NCBI GenBank assembly: GCA_963666365.2
Contig: CAXXNF010000002.1
Location: 1,088,001 to 1,152,000, forward strand
Length of the DNA stretch: 64,000 bases
Direction: 5' to 3'
DNA from: Syntrophales bacterium
GTDB taxonomy: Bacteria > Desulfobacterota > Syntrophia > Syntrophales > UBA2210
The position numbers and the translations under genes were made by a program. How positions within the stretch are numbered: the first letter of the stretch is position 1; every line of letters begins with the position of its first letter. The notes beneath the pieces are model-generated. The model did not search any database. It worked only from the letters and a program-made list of their open reading frames with translations, and was not told where the DNA came from. Shown here piece after piece: positions 18,447 through 27,746 of the stretch.

Positions 18447-20315
18447 TTAACTGGATCTCAAAAACCAGATCGTTGCCGCCGATTCGTCAAATAAGGCGGA
18501 CCCATCCTCAATTGCATTGAGTGCCTCCCAACTGCGCGCAATCATTTCAGACGTTGGATACAGGGAATCGGAAGAGATTCTCAATCCCTTCCCGACCATG
18601 ACCTCGGCCCTGTTGAAAGCGCCGGCCGAGGCATTAATAATCAGTCCCGTTTCACTGCATGCGTCCGATGCAAGGTAGAGCACCATGGCCGATACCATCC
18701 GCGGGTCCATCTTCTCCGCCTGCCCCTCCGGCATGACATCCGCGTTCATGCGCGTCGCCGCGAGGGGCGCAATGGTATTCACGGTGATGCCATAGGGTGT
18801 TGCCTCGCGGGAAAGCGCCCTCATAAGACCAATGAGTCCCATTTTTGCGGCGCCGTAGTTTGACTGCCCGAAATTACCGTAAAGACCTCCCACTGAAGTG
18901 GTCATAATGATTCTTCCGTATCCCTGAGCTGCCATATGCTCAAAGGCCGCCTGCGTGACATGAAAGGCGCCGTTCAGGTGCACATCGAATACGGCACGCC
19001 AGTTTTCGATGGTCATCTTTACGAAACTCTTGTCCCGTATGATTCCTGCGTTATTTATCAGAATATCGACTTTGCCGAAGGCATCGAGCGCCCTTTTTAC
19101 AATCGCCCGTCCTCCCGCAACCGTCGCGACGGAATCGCACTGGGCTACAGCCGTTCCTCCGAAGGCTCGTATTTCCTGCACCACTCGCTCCGCCGCGGTT
19201 CCAGTGCCTTCTCCCGCCCCGTCTCTGGGCACCCCGTAATCATTTACCACGACAAAGGCGCCTCGCCGGGCGAGTTCCAGGGCATACACCCTGCCCAGCC
19301 CTTCTCCGGCGCCGGTGACAATTGCCACCCGGCCGTCGAAGCGGATGTCATCTTTCGGTAAGCGTTGTGTGGGTAAATTCCCGGAGGCCTCAATCGATGG
19401 TGTGGAAAAATCCACTATCTTTTCGAAAAGTTCACCGATCATGCCGTCCTGATCCCAGTAAGGGACCGCATTATCAAGTCGTGAAATTTCCGCCCATGCC
19501 TGTGCAACATCTTCCACGTCTACAGAAGCGCCATTAATTTCCGGGACATGACTTTTCCCTGTCAAAACGGCGGCCCTGGCATAGGTTCCCGCCCCGGCTG
19601 CATATATCTTTCCCGATTCGGCGCATTCTTGTGATGAAAGACAGACCGCCATGGGAGAAACATAGGCCGGATCAATATCCCGTCGGTCGTTCCCGGCATG
19701 CGGCACACCCATTGTGGAAGGTAAGATCAGCGGAATGAGAACATTGACCCCGATATTGTATTTTCTTCCCTCAAGCTTGATCACGTTCATAAGACCGACA
19801 CAGGCCATGGACGCGGCACTTCGCATCGCACCCCCCGATGACCCAAACAGTATGGTCTCGGGTAAAACAAACACTATTCTTCCAAAATTATTTTCACGCA
19901 TCGCTCTGAATGCGGGTCGGCACAGAAAAAATGCTTCTTCAATAGGTTCGATCGTGCCGGTATGCCAGGACACTGGCGTAATATCGGTGAAGGAACCGCC
20001 GGATCGGGACACATCGGGCATATGGATCAGAATTTGAAGGGTTCCGGAATGTGTGAGCGCACCGGCGATCAGGGCCTCCCCCCCCTCATTCGACGCCTCG
20101 TACAGGACGGAATCGTATGTGCCATGCATTCCTTCAGCCCTGCTGATCATCTCGCTGTCCCGGCGTTCTGATCCTTTCTTCATGCCACGCACCACATAAC
20201 AGCCACGACTTTCCAGTTCCATCGCGATCCTATGGCCCAGATCCCCGCCTCCCGTGATCAGGGCCGTCTGCCCCTCAAAACGGATTGAATGGTTCATGTC
20301 GTTATTCGAAACCAT
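18447..20315 (-). CDS. Tandem double-SDR protein (MFE-2/Fox2-type hydroxyacyl-CoA dehydrogenase-like); N-terminal copy degenerate
   Basis: C-domain: VTGAGEGLG, INNAGIIRDKSF, NFGQSNYGAAK. N-domain: ITGGGDLG with no YxxxK. Confidence 0.85.
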   Translation of the reverse strand: MVSNNDMNHSIRFEGQTALITGGGDLGHRIAMELESRGCYVVRGMKKGSERRDSEMISRAEGMHGTYDSVLYEASNEGGEALIAGALTHSGTLQILIHMPDVSRSGGSFTDITPVSWHTGTIEPIEEAFFLCRPAFRAMRENNFGRIVFVLPETILFGSSGGAMRSAASMACVGLMNVIKLEGRKYNIGVNVLIPLILPSTMGVPHAGNDRRDIDPAYVSPMAVCLSSQECAESGKIYAAGAGTYARAAVLTGKSHVPEINGASVDVEDVAQAWAEISRLDNAVPYWDQDGMIGELFEKIVDFSTPSIEASGNLPTQRLPKDDIRFDGRVAIVTGAGEGLGRVYALELARRGAFVVVNDYGVPRDGAGEGTGTAAERVVQEIRAFGGTAVAQCDSVATVAGGRAIVKRALDAFGKVDILINNAGIIRDKSFVKMTIENWRAVFDVHLNGAFHVTQAAFEHMAAQGYGRIIMTTSVGGLYGNFGQSNYGAAKMGLIGLMRALSREATPYGITVNTIAPLAATRMNADVMPEGQAEKMDPRMVSAMVLYLASDACSETGLIINASAGAFNRAEVMVGKGLRISSDSLYPTSEMIARSWEALNAIEDGSALFDESAATIWFLRSS

Positions 20316-20527
20316 TGCCTGACCTTTCTCAGTATTTATAGCTGGCAGTAAGAATAATACATTCATCCTATAAAACCAAGCGGTATATTCATCACGCTGA
20401 TTTAACAGACCCTGAACTCACACCACGTGATCATCGTGAACTCTTGAAGCGAGAGAGAGCAAATTCATCTTTCAATAGCGCTTTCAATATGGCAGTATCG
20501 TGCACAAGGACATATGGGTGCTGCGCG

Positions 20528-22279
20528 ATGTACGGCTGGTGCGGAAAAATTCTGAGGATCGACCTGACAACCAGGCATTTCTGCGCCGAAGAACCGGACG
20601 GCAAACTTCTGCATACCTGCATCGGCGGCAGAGGACTCGCGGGCCACTATCTTTCTCAGGAGACTGCCGGAAACTGGCACGATCCCTCCATGCCCCTCCT
20701 CTTATTTGCCGGACCGCTCGTCGATACGGCTTCTCCCACGTCGGGACGAATGACGATCATGGCGCGCTCGCCATTAACGGGGACAGTCGGAGACGCATCG
20801 GTAGGGGGAAATCTTGGAACGTTTATCAAAAAGGCGGGGTGGGACGGCGTAATCATCACAGGGAGGAGCGACTCTCTCTGTGGTATAGAAATCGATGATG
20901 GCACTGTATCCATTGTGGATGCCTCACATCTTGCCGGAATGAAAATCGGCGCCCTGTCACAACATCTGAAGGGAAAAGGAGCCGTTGCCGCCATCGGTCC
21001 CGCGGCGGAGAAGGGCGTACTTTTTTCGAGTGTAATTATAGACGGCCACTTTGCGGCGGGACGAAACGGCATCGGGTGCGTCTGTGCGTCAAAAAACATC
21101 AAGTACCTGCGCATAAGAGGTTCCGGCAGGACAGAGGTCTTTGATCAGAAAGAACTCATAAAGGCTCGCGAAGATATCACCCGCCTGATTGCCGCCTCCC
21201 CTGCCCTTCTCGGCGAACTTGGTCTTGGCCGTTACGGAACACCGGCGCTGTACGATTTGATGCACACACGGCGCATGATGCCCACCGATAATTTCAGAAA
21301 GACCCGTTTCGATCACGCGTCCTCCATGAATGCCTGTGCGCTGCACAGAACCTACCGCCCCCGCAGGGCTGGATGCCGTGGCTGTCACATCAATTGCAAG
21401 AAAATATCGCCTGAAGGAACGGTGATTCCGGAATTTGAATCACTTTCTCATTTCAGCGCCCTTCTGAGCAATCGGGATCTGTCGTCCGTCGTTGAAGCGA
21501 ACAGGATCTGCAATGAGCTCGGCATGGACACGATTTCGGCTGCCTCGACGCTTGCCTGCTACGCCGAAATTGAAGAAAGAGCCCTTGCGCCCGAAGAGAT
21601 CCTTGGTCTTTTACAGGATATCGGCCTGGGAAGAGGCATCGGCATCGCTCTGGGACAGGGATCGGCCCGCTATGCGGAATCGCAGGGCCGTCCGGAATGC
21701 TCCATGTCGGTAAAAGGACAGGAATTACCCGCCTACGATCCGAGGGGCGCCTACGGAATGGCACTTGCCTATGCCACGTCGACGCGTGGCGGATGTCACC
21801 TGCGCGCCTACCCGATCTCGCATGAGATTCTCAGAAAACCGGTGGCAACCGACCGATTCACCTTCAGCGGCAAGGCCCGCGTCATCAAAATCGCCGAGGA
21901 TCTCAACGCGGCCGTCGATTCTCTTACGGCCTGCAAATTCGTATTTTTTGCGGCTTCGCTGGAAGAATATGCACGCGTCTTTTCCGCCGTGACCGGGGTT
22001 TCTACGTCCGCCCAGGATCTTCTTAAGGCAGGAGAGCGGATATGCTACCGGGAACGAATCATGAATGCCGCACAGGGTTTTTCGGCAGATGACGACGATT
22101 TGCCCGACCGGTTCTTCACTAAAGAAGGATCGAGCGGAAACAATATTTCAATACCGCCCCTTGACCGAAAGGATTTTCTGGAAGCACGATCGAATTATTA
22201 TAAGATTCGAGGGCTCAGTAACAGGGGGATGCCTACGGAAGAAAAGGCAAAGGAGCTGGGGCTTTCGTGGAATCAATGA
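20528..22279 (+). CDS. Aldehyde:ferredoxin oxidoreductase family (W/Mo-pterin)
   Basis: MYGWCGKILRIDL, SPLTG, AAGRNG, CRGCHINC, GMDTIS, PAYDPRG, TRGGCHL. Confidence 0.93.
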   Translation: MYGWCGKILRIDLTTRHFCAEEPDGKLLHTCIGGRGLAGHYLSQETAGNWHDPSMPLLLFAGPLVDTASPTSGRMTIMARSPLTGTVGDASVGGNLGTFIKKAGWDGVIITGRSDSLCGIEIDDGTVSIVDASHLAGMKIGALSQHLKGKGAVAAIGPAAEKGVLFSSVIIDGHFAAGRNGIGCVCASKNIKYLRIRGSGRTEVFDQKELIKAREDITRLIAASPALLGELGLGRYGTPALYDLMHTRRMMPTDNFRKTRFDHASSMNACALHRTYRPRRAGCRGCHINCKKISPEGTVIPEFESLSHFSALLSNRDLSSVVEANRICNELGMDTISAASTLACYAEIEERALAPEEILGLLQDIGLGRGIGIALGQGSARYAESQGRPECSMSVKGQELPAYDPRGAYGMALAYATSTRGGCHLRAYPISHEILRKPVATDRFTFSGKARVIKIAEDLNAAVDSLTACKFVFFAASLEEYARVFSAVTGVSTSAQDLLKAGERICYRERIMNAAQGFSADDDDLPDRFFTKEGSSGNNISIPPLDRKDFLEARSNYYKIRGLSNRGMPTEEKAKELGLSWNQ

Positions 22280-23424
22280 TGTACAAATATGAGCAAAAGC
22301 TGAGTGAGGCGGGCCTTACCGAAGAGGGAGCGCCCCTCATGGGGGTGCTCGATGCGGAACTTCTGTGGAGCAGGCGCAATCGACACACCCCGTTTCTTGA
22401 AAGACTCTTTAAGGAACTGAATATCAGTTCTCTTCTGTTTTCCGAACCCAGAGAGCCCTATCGCACGATTATCGATCACCTCTGCCGCACTTCGGACGGA
22501 ACGATCTTTCCGGAAGACTGTGAAACGCGCACATTTCTACATGATCTCCCCGTGGCCGGGACACTCAGTGCTGCAGAGATCGCGGCCTTTCTCAAACACC
22601 GCAAGTGCGTTCTGATTCCGGGACATGGCATTATCACCTTTGGGACGGTCAGTCCCGAACAGGCGTTTATCACGTACAGTTCCGTCTGTTTTGCCGTCTT
22701 TGTAAAATTTTTTTCGGACATGCTCTACAGAAAAAAGCGGGGCACGATTTCCCTTGAAGAATTAAAGATTTTCAGACGGGTGCGCACTATGCTCGATGCA
22801 CCTGTTTCCAATGCTCCCCTGCTCGCCCAGTCCCCTTTCTCCGACGAAAAAGAAGTGCTGCGTGTTATTGAGGAAGCAGGGAAAGAAGTGGTGCGGTACG
22901 GTCTCGTGGATTCTTACTTCGGCAATATCTCTTACTGTTTCCAGGGTACGCTCTATATAAGTCAGACCAGCAGTTCCCTCGACGACCTTGCCGGGTGCAT
23001 CGATCCCTGTCCTCTCGACGGATCATCCTGTGCAGGCATCACTGCCTCGAGCGAACTCCCGACCCACCTGGAAATCGTTAATAATTCCAACTCAAGGGCA
23101 ATCCTTCACGGACACCCGAAATTTTCTGTGATTATCTCGATGGACTGCGACCGTGACGACTGCCTGGCTCGAGGTCTCTGCCATCGGCGCTGCCCCGAAA
23201 GACGGCTTCTCGACGACATTCCTATTGTACCGGGCGAGGTGGGTACGGGTCCCTTCGGCCTCTGCACCACCGTCCCCGATGCCGTCCTTGAGGCCTGCGG
23301 CGCCATCGTCTATGGCCACGGGGTTTTCACCACAAGCAAATCCGACTTCAACGAGGCCTTTTCCCGTCTGCTGAATATAGAAAACAGGTCCCGAGAAGAA
23401 TACTTTCGGCGATTCGACGAATAA
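22276..23424 (+). CDS. Class II aldolase/adducin-like protein with duplicated domain
   Basis: DSYFGNIS, ASSELPTH, ILHGHP and YGHGVF in the C-half; PGHGIITFG in the N-half; ATGA overlap with AOR. Confidence 0.75.
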   Translation: MMYKYEQKLSEAGLTEEGAPLMGVLDAELLWSRRNRHTPFLERLFKELNISSLLFSEPREPYRTIIDHLCRTSDGTIFPEDCETRTFLHDLPVAGTLSAAEIAAFLKHRKCVLIPGHGIITFGTVSPEQAFITYSSVCFAVFVKFFSDMLYRKKRGTISLEELKIFRRVRTMLDAPVSNAPLLAQSPFSDEKEVLRVIEEAGKEVVRYGLVDSYFGNISYCFQGTLYISQTSSSLDDLAGCIDPCPLDGSSCAGITASSELPTHLEIVNNSNSRAILHGHPKFSVIISMDCDRDDCLARGLCHRRCPERRLLDDIPIVPGEVGTGPFGLCTTVPDAVLEACGAIVYGHGVFTTSKSDFNEAFSRLLNIENRSREEYFRRFDE

Positions 23425-23436
23425 TGATCGGATCTT

Positions 23437-24216
23437 TTACAGAACGATCGTCCCTTTGAGATACAGCACCGCCTCGCCTGCAATCGAAACCCGTTCTCCC
23501 TGATCGCGGCAGAACAGCTCTCCTCCTCGTTTTGACAACTGTCGTGCGTGAAGCTCTTTTTTCCCCAGCCTTTCAGACCAGTACGGAATGAGGGTGCAAT
23601 GGGACGAGCCCGTCACAGGATCTTCCGGAACACCGACCCTGGGTGCAAAAAACCGCGAGACAAAGTCACAGCTCGACCCCGGCGCCGTGGCGATGATGCC
23701 GACGCATTCGAGCGCGGCAAGCCTCATAATATCGGGCTTCATAGTGTGTATCACCGCTTCCGATTCAAACACAGCCAGATAGTCTCGTGCACACCGAACT
23801 TCCAGGGGCCGTTCCCCCAAACCCTCGGTCAATGCTGCGGGGATATCGCAGGGAGATGCCGGTCTGGCGGGAAAATTCATCGCCAGACGGGCACCTGTTT
23901 TTTCTACGCTGAGCAATCCGCTTCTCGTTTCGAAATCGATCCTGTCGAGCTCAGGTTCATAAAAATTGAAAATTACAAAGGCGCTTGCCAGCGTTGCATG
24001 ACCACACAGATCAATTTCAATTTCCGGCGTAAACCAGCGAAGCTCGTAGGTGGTGGTACTCTTGACCAGAAAGGCCGTTTCGGCCAGGTTGTTCTCCGCG
24101 GCAATGGCCTGCATTGTCTCGTCGGGAAGCCTTGAATCGAGCATGCAGACTCCTGCCGGATTTCCCCGGAATATGATTCCCGTAAAGGCGTCTATCTGAT
24201 AAAAAGACACTTTCAT
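23437..24216 (-). CDS. PhzF-family epimerase/isomerase
   Basis: QIDAF, GNPAGV, ETAF, LRWFTP, LCGHATLA, EDPVTGSSHC. Confidence 0.93.
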   Translation of the reverse strand: MKVSFYQIDAFTGIIFRGNPAGVCMLDSRLPDETMQAIAAENNLAETAFLVKSTTTYELRWFTPEIEIDLCGHATLASAFVIFNFYEPELDRIDFETRSGLLSVEKTGARLAMNFPARPASPCDIPAALTEGLGERPLEVRCARDYLAVFESEAVIHTMKPDIMRLAALECVGIIATAPGSSCDFVSRFFAPRVGVPEDPVTGSSHCTLIPYWSERLGKKELHARQLSKRGGELFCRDQGERVSIAGEAVLYLKGTIVL

Positions 24217-24322
24217 GATCAGTGTTTTTCTCCTCTCACAGCTATAGGGTTGTTGCAGCAAATCGGAAAATAAGGTAATGTACTTGCTACACTTTTTTGT
24301 TTCTAGTACAGGACCGCGAATT

Positions 24323-25135
24323 ATGACATGTTCAAAACTTTATATAATAGTTGTTGTTATCGTTCTATCTCTTTGTATCGTATCATGTGCCACCGTCCCC
24401 ATTACGGGAAGACAGCAACTCAGCCTCGTTCCCGCGTCAAACATGCTGTCCATGAGCCTGCAGCAGTACGATGATTTTCTGAAAAAAAACAAAGTCAGCA
24501 CCAATGCCGCACAGGTCCGGATGGTGAAACGGACGGGCGGACGGATTCAGCAGGCGGTCGAACGGTTTTTTACCGAAAGGGGAATGTCACAGGAACTTCG
24601 AAACTACGAATGGGAATTCAACCTTATTGAAAGTGACGAAGTGAACGCCTGGTGCATGCCCGGTGGAAAAGTCGCGGTCTATACAGGAATTATGCCGCTC
24701 GCACGCGATGAAAATGGACTGGCGGTGATCATGGGGCACGAGATTGCCCACGCCGTCGCCGGTCATGGCGGGGAACGCATGAGTCATCTGCTTGTCGTCC
24801 AGATGGGCGGTATCGCCCTCTCAGCAGCGCTCTCCCAAAGTCCTCAGCTCACACAGCAATTGTGGTCAACCGCCTTCGGTCTGGGCGCCCAGGTCGGGTT
24901 GATCCTTCCCTACAGCCGTCTGCAGGAACATGAAGCGGATCGTCTCGGCTTGATATTCATGGCTATGGCCGGTTATGCACCCGATGTCGCCGTACCCCTC
25001 TGGGAGCGTCTGGCTGCCCAGAAAAGCGGAAGCGCGACGCCGGCATTTCTGAGCACCCACCCCACCGACGCCTCGAGGATCGCCGAGATCAGGTCCAGCC
25101 TTCCCGAGGCGTGGCGTTATTACAGAAAACCGTGA
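24323..25135 (+). CDS. M48 family metallopeptidase lipoprotein
   Basis: Lipobox IVSC, NAWCMPGGK, HEIAH, EHEAD, FLSTHP. Confidence 0.93.
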   Translation: MTCSKLYIIVVVIVLSLCIVSCATVPITGRQQLSLVPASNMLSMSLQQYDDFLKKNKVSTNAAQVRMVKRTGGRIQQAVERFFTERGMSQELRNYEWEFNLIESDEVNAWCMPGGKVAVYTGIMPLARDENGLAVIMGHEIAHAVAGHGGERMSHLLVVQMGGIALSAALSQSPQLTQQLWSTAFGLGAQVGLILPYSRLQEHEADRLGLIFMAMAGYAPDVAVPLWERLAAQKSGSATPAFLSTHPTDASRIAEIRSSLPEAWRYYRKP

Positions 25136-25156
25136 GTCTTGCATTACCATTAAAAC

Positions 25157-25915
25157 CTATCGTCCGAAGACCTTTTTTAATAGCTCCGTGGTCCGTTTGG
25201 CCGGGTTTTGACGGATCGCCGCTTCTTCCTTCGCCAGGTAATAAAAGATGCCGTCCATGCCCTTTTCAATCACATGTCCGGTGAGATCGGCCCTGACATC
25301 GGGCGCGAAGGGAATTGACTTATACTGGCCCACTGCCGCGTCATAGGCCGCAATCGCCCCGACATCGGAAAGACTGTCTTCCACCACGGGCCTCATCTCT
25401 GCAGCAAGCGAATCGGACATTTTTTCTTTGAAATACTGCGTGGCCGCATCATCGGGTCCTTTATAAATGCCCATGACATCATCCAGCGTCATTTCCTTTA
25501 TGGAAGCAATAAAAAGCGCTTTCGCCCTGGGCGCGGCTTCTTCGGCAGCCCTGTTCAGCCGCAGTTCCAGATCGTCAAGCATCGACGACATGCCGATTTT
25601 ACTCAACGCCGACTGAACCGTCCGGAAGCTCTGTGGAAGCGGTATATGAATGAAGCTGTCGGCATTGAAGCCGTCCTTTGCGCCCAGCTGCTTCACTACC
25701 CGTGATGTGCCTACTGCAAGGGCCTCTTTGAGACCGGAGGCAATGTCACTCTCTGTGAGGCTGCGTTCTTTCGGCGCTGCCCTGTTCACTTCTTCCAGCA
25801 TACTCTTTGCCTTGCCGAACCAATCGATCGCCTCTGTCGCCGACACACAACAGAGCAGCACAATACTGAGGGTCAGCACGAATGCAACGGCCCATGCGCG
25901 CACGGTATCTTTCAT
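25157..25915 (-). CDS. DUF4197 exported protein
   Basis: AAGGAG RBS, signal peptide, GLKEAL, LNRAAE, EEAAIRQNP..RTTELLKKVFG. Confidence 0.88.
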   Translation of the reverse strand: MKDTVRAWAVAFVLTLSIVLLCCVSATEAIDWFGKAKSMLEEVNRAAPKERSLTESDIASGLKEALAVGTSRVVKQLGAKDGFNADSFIHIPLPQSFRTVQSALSKIGMSSMLDDLELRLNRAAEEAAPRAKALFIASIKEMTLDDVMGIYKGPDDAATQYFKEKMSDSLAAEMRPVVEDSLSDVGAIAAYDAAVGQYKSIPFAPDVRADLTGHVIEKGMDGIFYYLAKEEAAIRQNPAKRTTELLKKVFGR

Positions 25916-25955
25916 TTTCGCTCCTTGGTTCATGGATCCCGATCGTCGATTGTTC

Positions 25956-26381
25956 CTAATCGGTAAATCCTTTTTTCTGCATCTCCCTCTGCTTTTTGAA
26001 AAGCGCCATGCCGGTCCGGAGTCTCCTGAATCCGAAATGTTCGTAGAATCCTTCTTTCCCCGGCGATGAATAAAGCATAATATTCTGACCGGAAATTCGT
26101 TCCAGAAGAGACTCCATGATCTGCCTCCCGATGCCTCTTCCCTGCCACTCCGGCAGAACTGCCACATCGTAGATGACCGATTGATAGGCGCCGTCCGACA
26201 GGGCACGTCCCGTTGCAATTACTCCCGAATCGTTAAGCACAAAAATGACTGCACGACTTCCCTCAAAGGCCCTTTTAAGCAGGTCGGGCGGATAGGCGGT
26301 GAGACCGGCCTTGTAAATTACCCTATGTATCCTGAGCCAGTCAATGCCCTCACAATCAAATTTCAGCGTAATATCATCCAT
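25956..26381 (-). CDS. GNAT acetyltransferase
   Basis: GRALSDG, IYDVAVLPEWQGRGIG, FYEHFGF. Confidence 0.9.
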   Translation of the reverse strand: MDDITLKFDCEGIDWLRIHRVIYKAGLTAYPPDLLKRAFEGSRAVIFVLNDSGVIATGRALSDGAYQSVIYDVAVLPEWQGRGIGRQIMESLLERISGQNIMLYSSPGKEGFYEHFGFRRLRTGMALFKKQREMQKKGFTD

Positions 26382-26610
26382 CTGCCTGTCTGAATCCTTC
26401 GGCTGTTTGACTGCGCCATGAATTTCCCGTACAAAGAAATAGTCGTGGGCGCTTCCAAGAGGTGAAAGGTACGATCGGTTTTCCCTTGGGAGCTGAAATG
26501 TATGATACCGCAACGAAGGAAAAGAGGCAATCTTCCTTTTATGGGTGATGGGTGCATGGCTGCAGCTCATGAAAACTACAAAGCCCTTCGACGGTATCTA
26601 TAATATTTTA

Positions 26611-26639
26611 TTGACAATCACACTGCAGAGGGGTAGAAA
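26611..26639 (+). promoter_or_regulatory. Putative sigma70 promoter of the mnmA operon
   Basis: TTGACA-17 bp-TAGAAA. Confidence 0.5.
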
Positions 26640-26678
26640 CCTTTTTCTTCCGATCCTGCTGCCGTTAAAAGGAATCCT

Positions 26679-27746
26679 ATGGATAGAAAAAGCGTCTTAG
26701 TAGGGGTAAGCGGCGGTGTTGACAGCACCGTTGCCGCCTGTCAGCTCAAAACTGAAGGGTATCATGTGGAGGGGCTGTATATTGATAACGGATTTCCCGG
26801 CTGTGCCTCATCAGATGCAGCCGACGCATGTAATAAAATTAATATTCCTCTCCATACAGTATACGTCGCCCATGCGTTCAGGAAAGGCATCGTGGATTAC
26901 TTTGTGGCGGAGTATGCAGCGGGAAGAACGCCCAACCCCTGCGCAATATGCAATAAAGTGATTAAATTCAAATACCTTATTGAGGAAGCCGACAGACGCG
27001 GACTTCCCTACATCGCCACCGGTCACTATTGCCGAATCGAACATGACGACCTGCGGGGGATATTCAGCCTGCTCTGCGGCATCGATGCGAAAAAAGATCA
27101 GTCCTATTTTCTGTTTTGCCTGGGGCAGGAGGAATTATCACGCCTTATCTTTCCCAACGGCGGCACAACAAAAGAAGCAGTAAGGGCAACGTCCATTGCA
27201 GAAGGATTCGGCAGCGCATCGCCAAGGGAAAGCCAGGAGATCTGTTTTATTCCGGACAACGATTATCGCCGGTTTATCGAATCTTTTGCGACTGATATTC
27301 CCTTCAGACAGGGGGACATCGTGACCCTTCAGGGAGATATTGTGGGACGCCACCGTGGAATTCATACGGTTACAATCGGTCAGCGCAGGGGGCTCAATAT
27401 CGCGTCGGAACGGCCCTATTACGTGCTTTCGATTGACAAAGATCACAACAGAGTCATCGTCGGTCGGGATGAAGAGCAGTGGTGCAGTGGTCTTTCGGTA
27501 TCAGGCGTCTCCTGGATCGACCCCGGTTTCTCGAAAAACACTCCCCAGCGCGCATTTACCCGCATCCGCTATCGTCACAGAGGCGTCCTATCGTCAATCA
27601 CGCCCCTCACTGAAGATGGGCGTCGTGTAGCCGTCACCTTCGACTCGCCGCAGAAGGCGGCGGCGCCCGGTCAGGCCGCCGTCTTCTACGATGGCGACAG
27701 AGTGCTCGGCGGAGGTTGGATCGAGGAGGTAATCCCCAATGACTAG
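26679..27746 (+). CDS. mnmA: tRNA-specific 2-thiouridylase
   Basis: SGGVDS, TPNPCAICN, ATGHY, KDQSYFL, ESQEICF, TIGQRRG, PGQAAVFY. Confidence 0.96.
   Translation: MDRKSVLVGVSGGVDSTVAACQLKTEGYHVEGLYIDNGFPGCASSDAADACNKINIPLHTVYVAHAFRKGIVDYFVAEYAAGRTPNPCAICNKVIKFKYLIEEADRRGLPYIATGHYCRIEHDDLRGIFSLLCGIDAKKDQSYFLFCLGQEELSRLIFPNGGTTKEAVRATSIAEGFGSASPRESQEICFIPDNDYRRFIESFATDIPFRQGDIVTLQGDIVGRHRGIHTVTIGQRRGLNIASERPYYVLSIDKDHNRVIVGRDEEQWCSGLSVSGVSWIDPGFSKNTPQRAFTRIRYRHRGVLSSITPLTEDGRRVAVTFDSPQKAAAPGQAAVFYDGDRVLGGGWIEEVIPND

Noticed and set aside
20370..20527. Moco/Wco riboswitch upstream of AOR
   Set aside because: No recognisable consensus by eye; an Rfam scan would be needed
25157..26218. 353-aa version of the DUF4197 gene overlapping the GNAT gene
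   Set aside because: The RBS and signal peptide indicate a start at 25915
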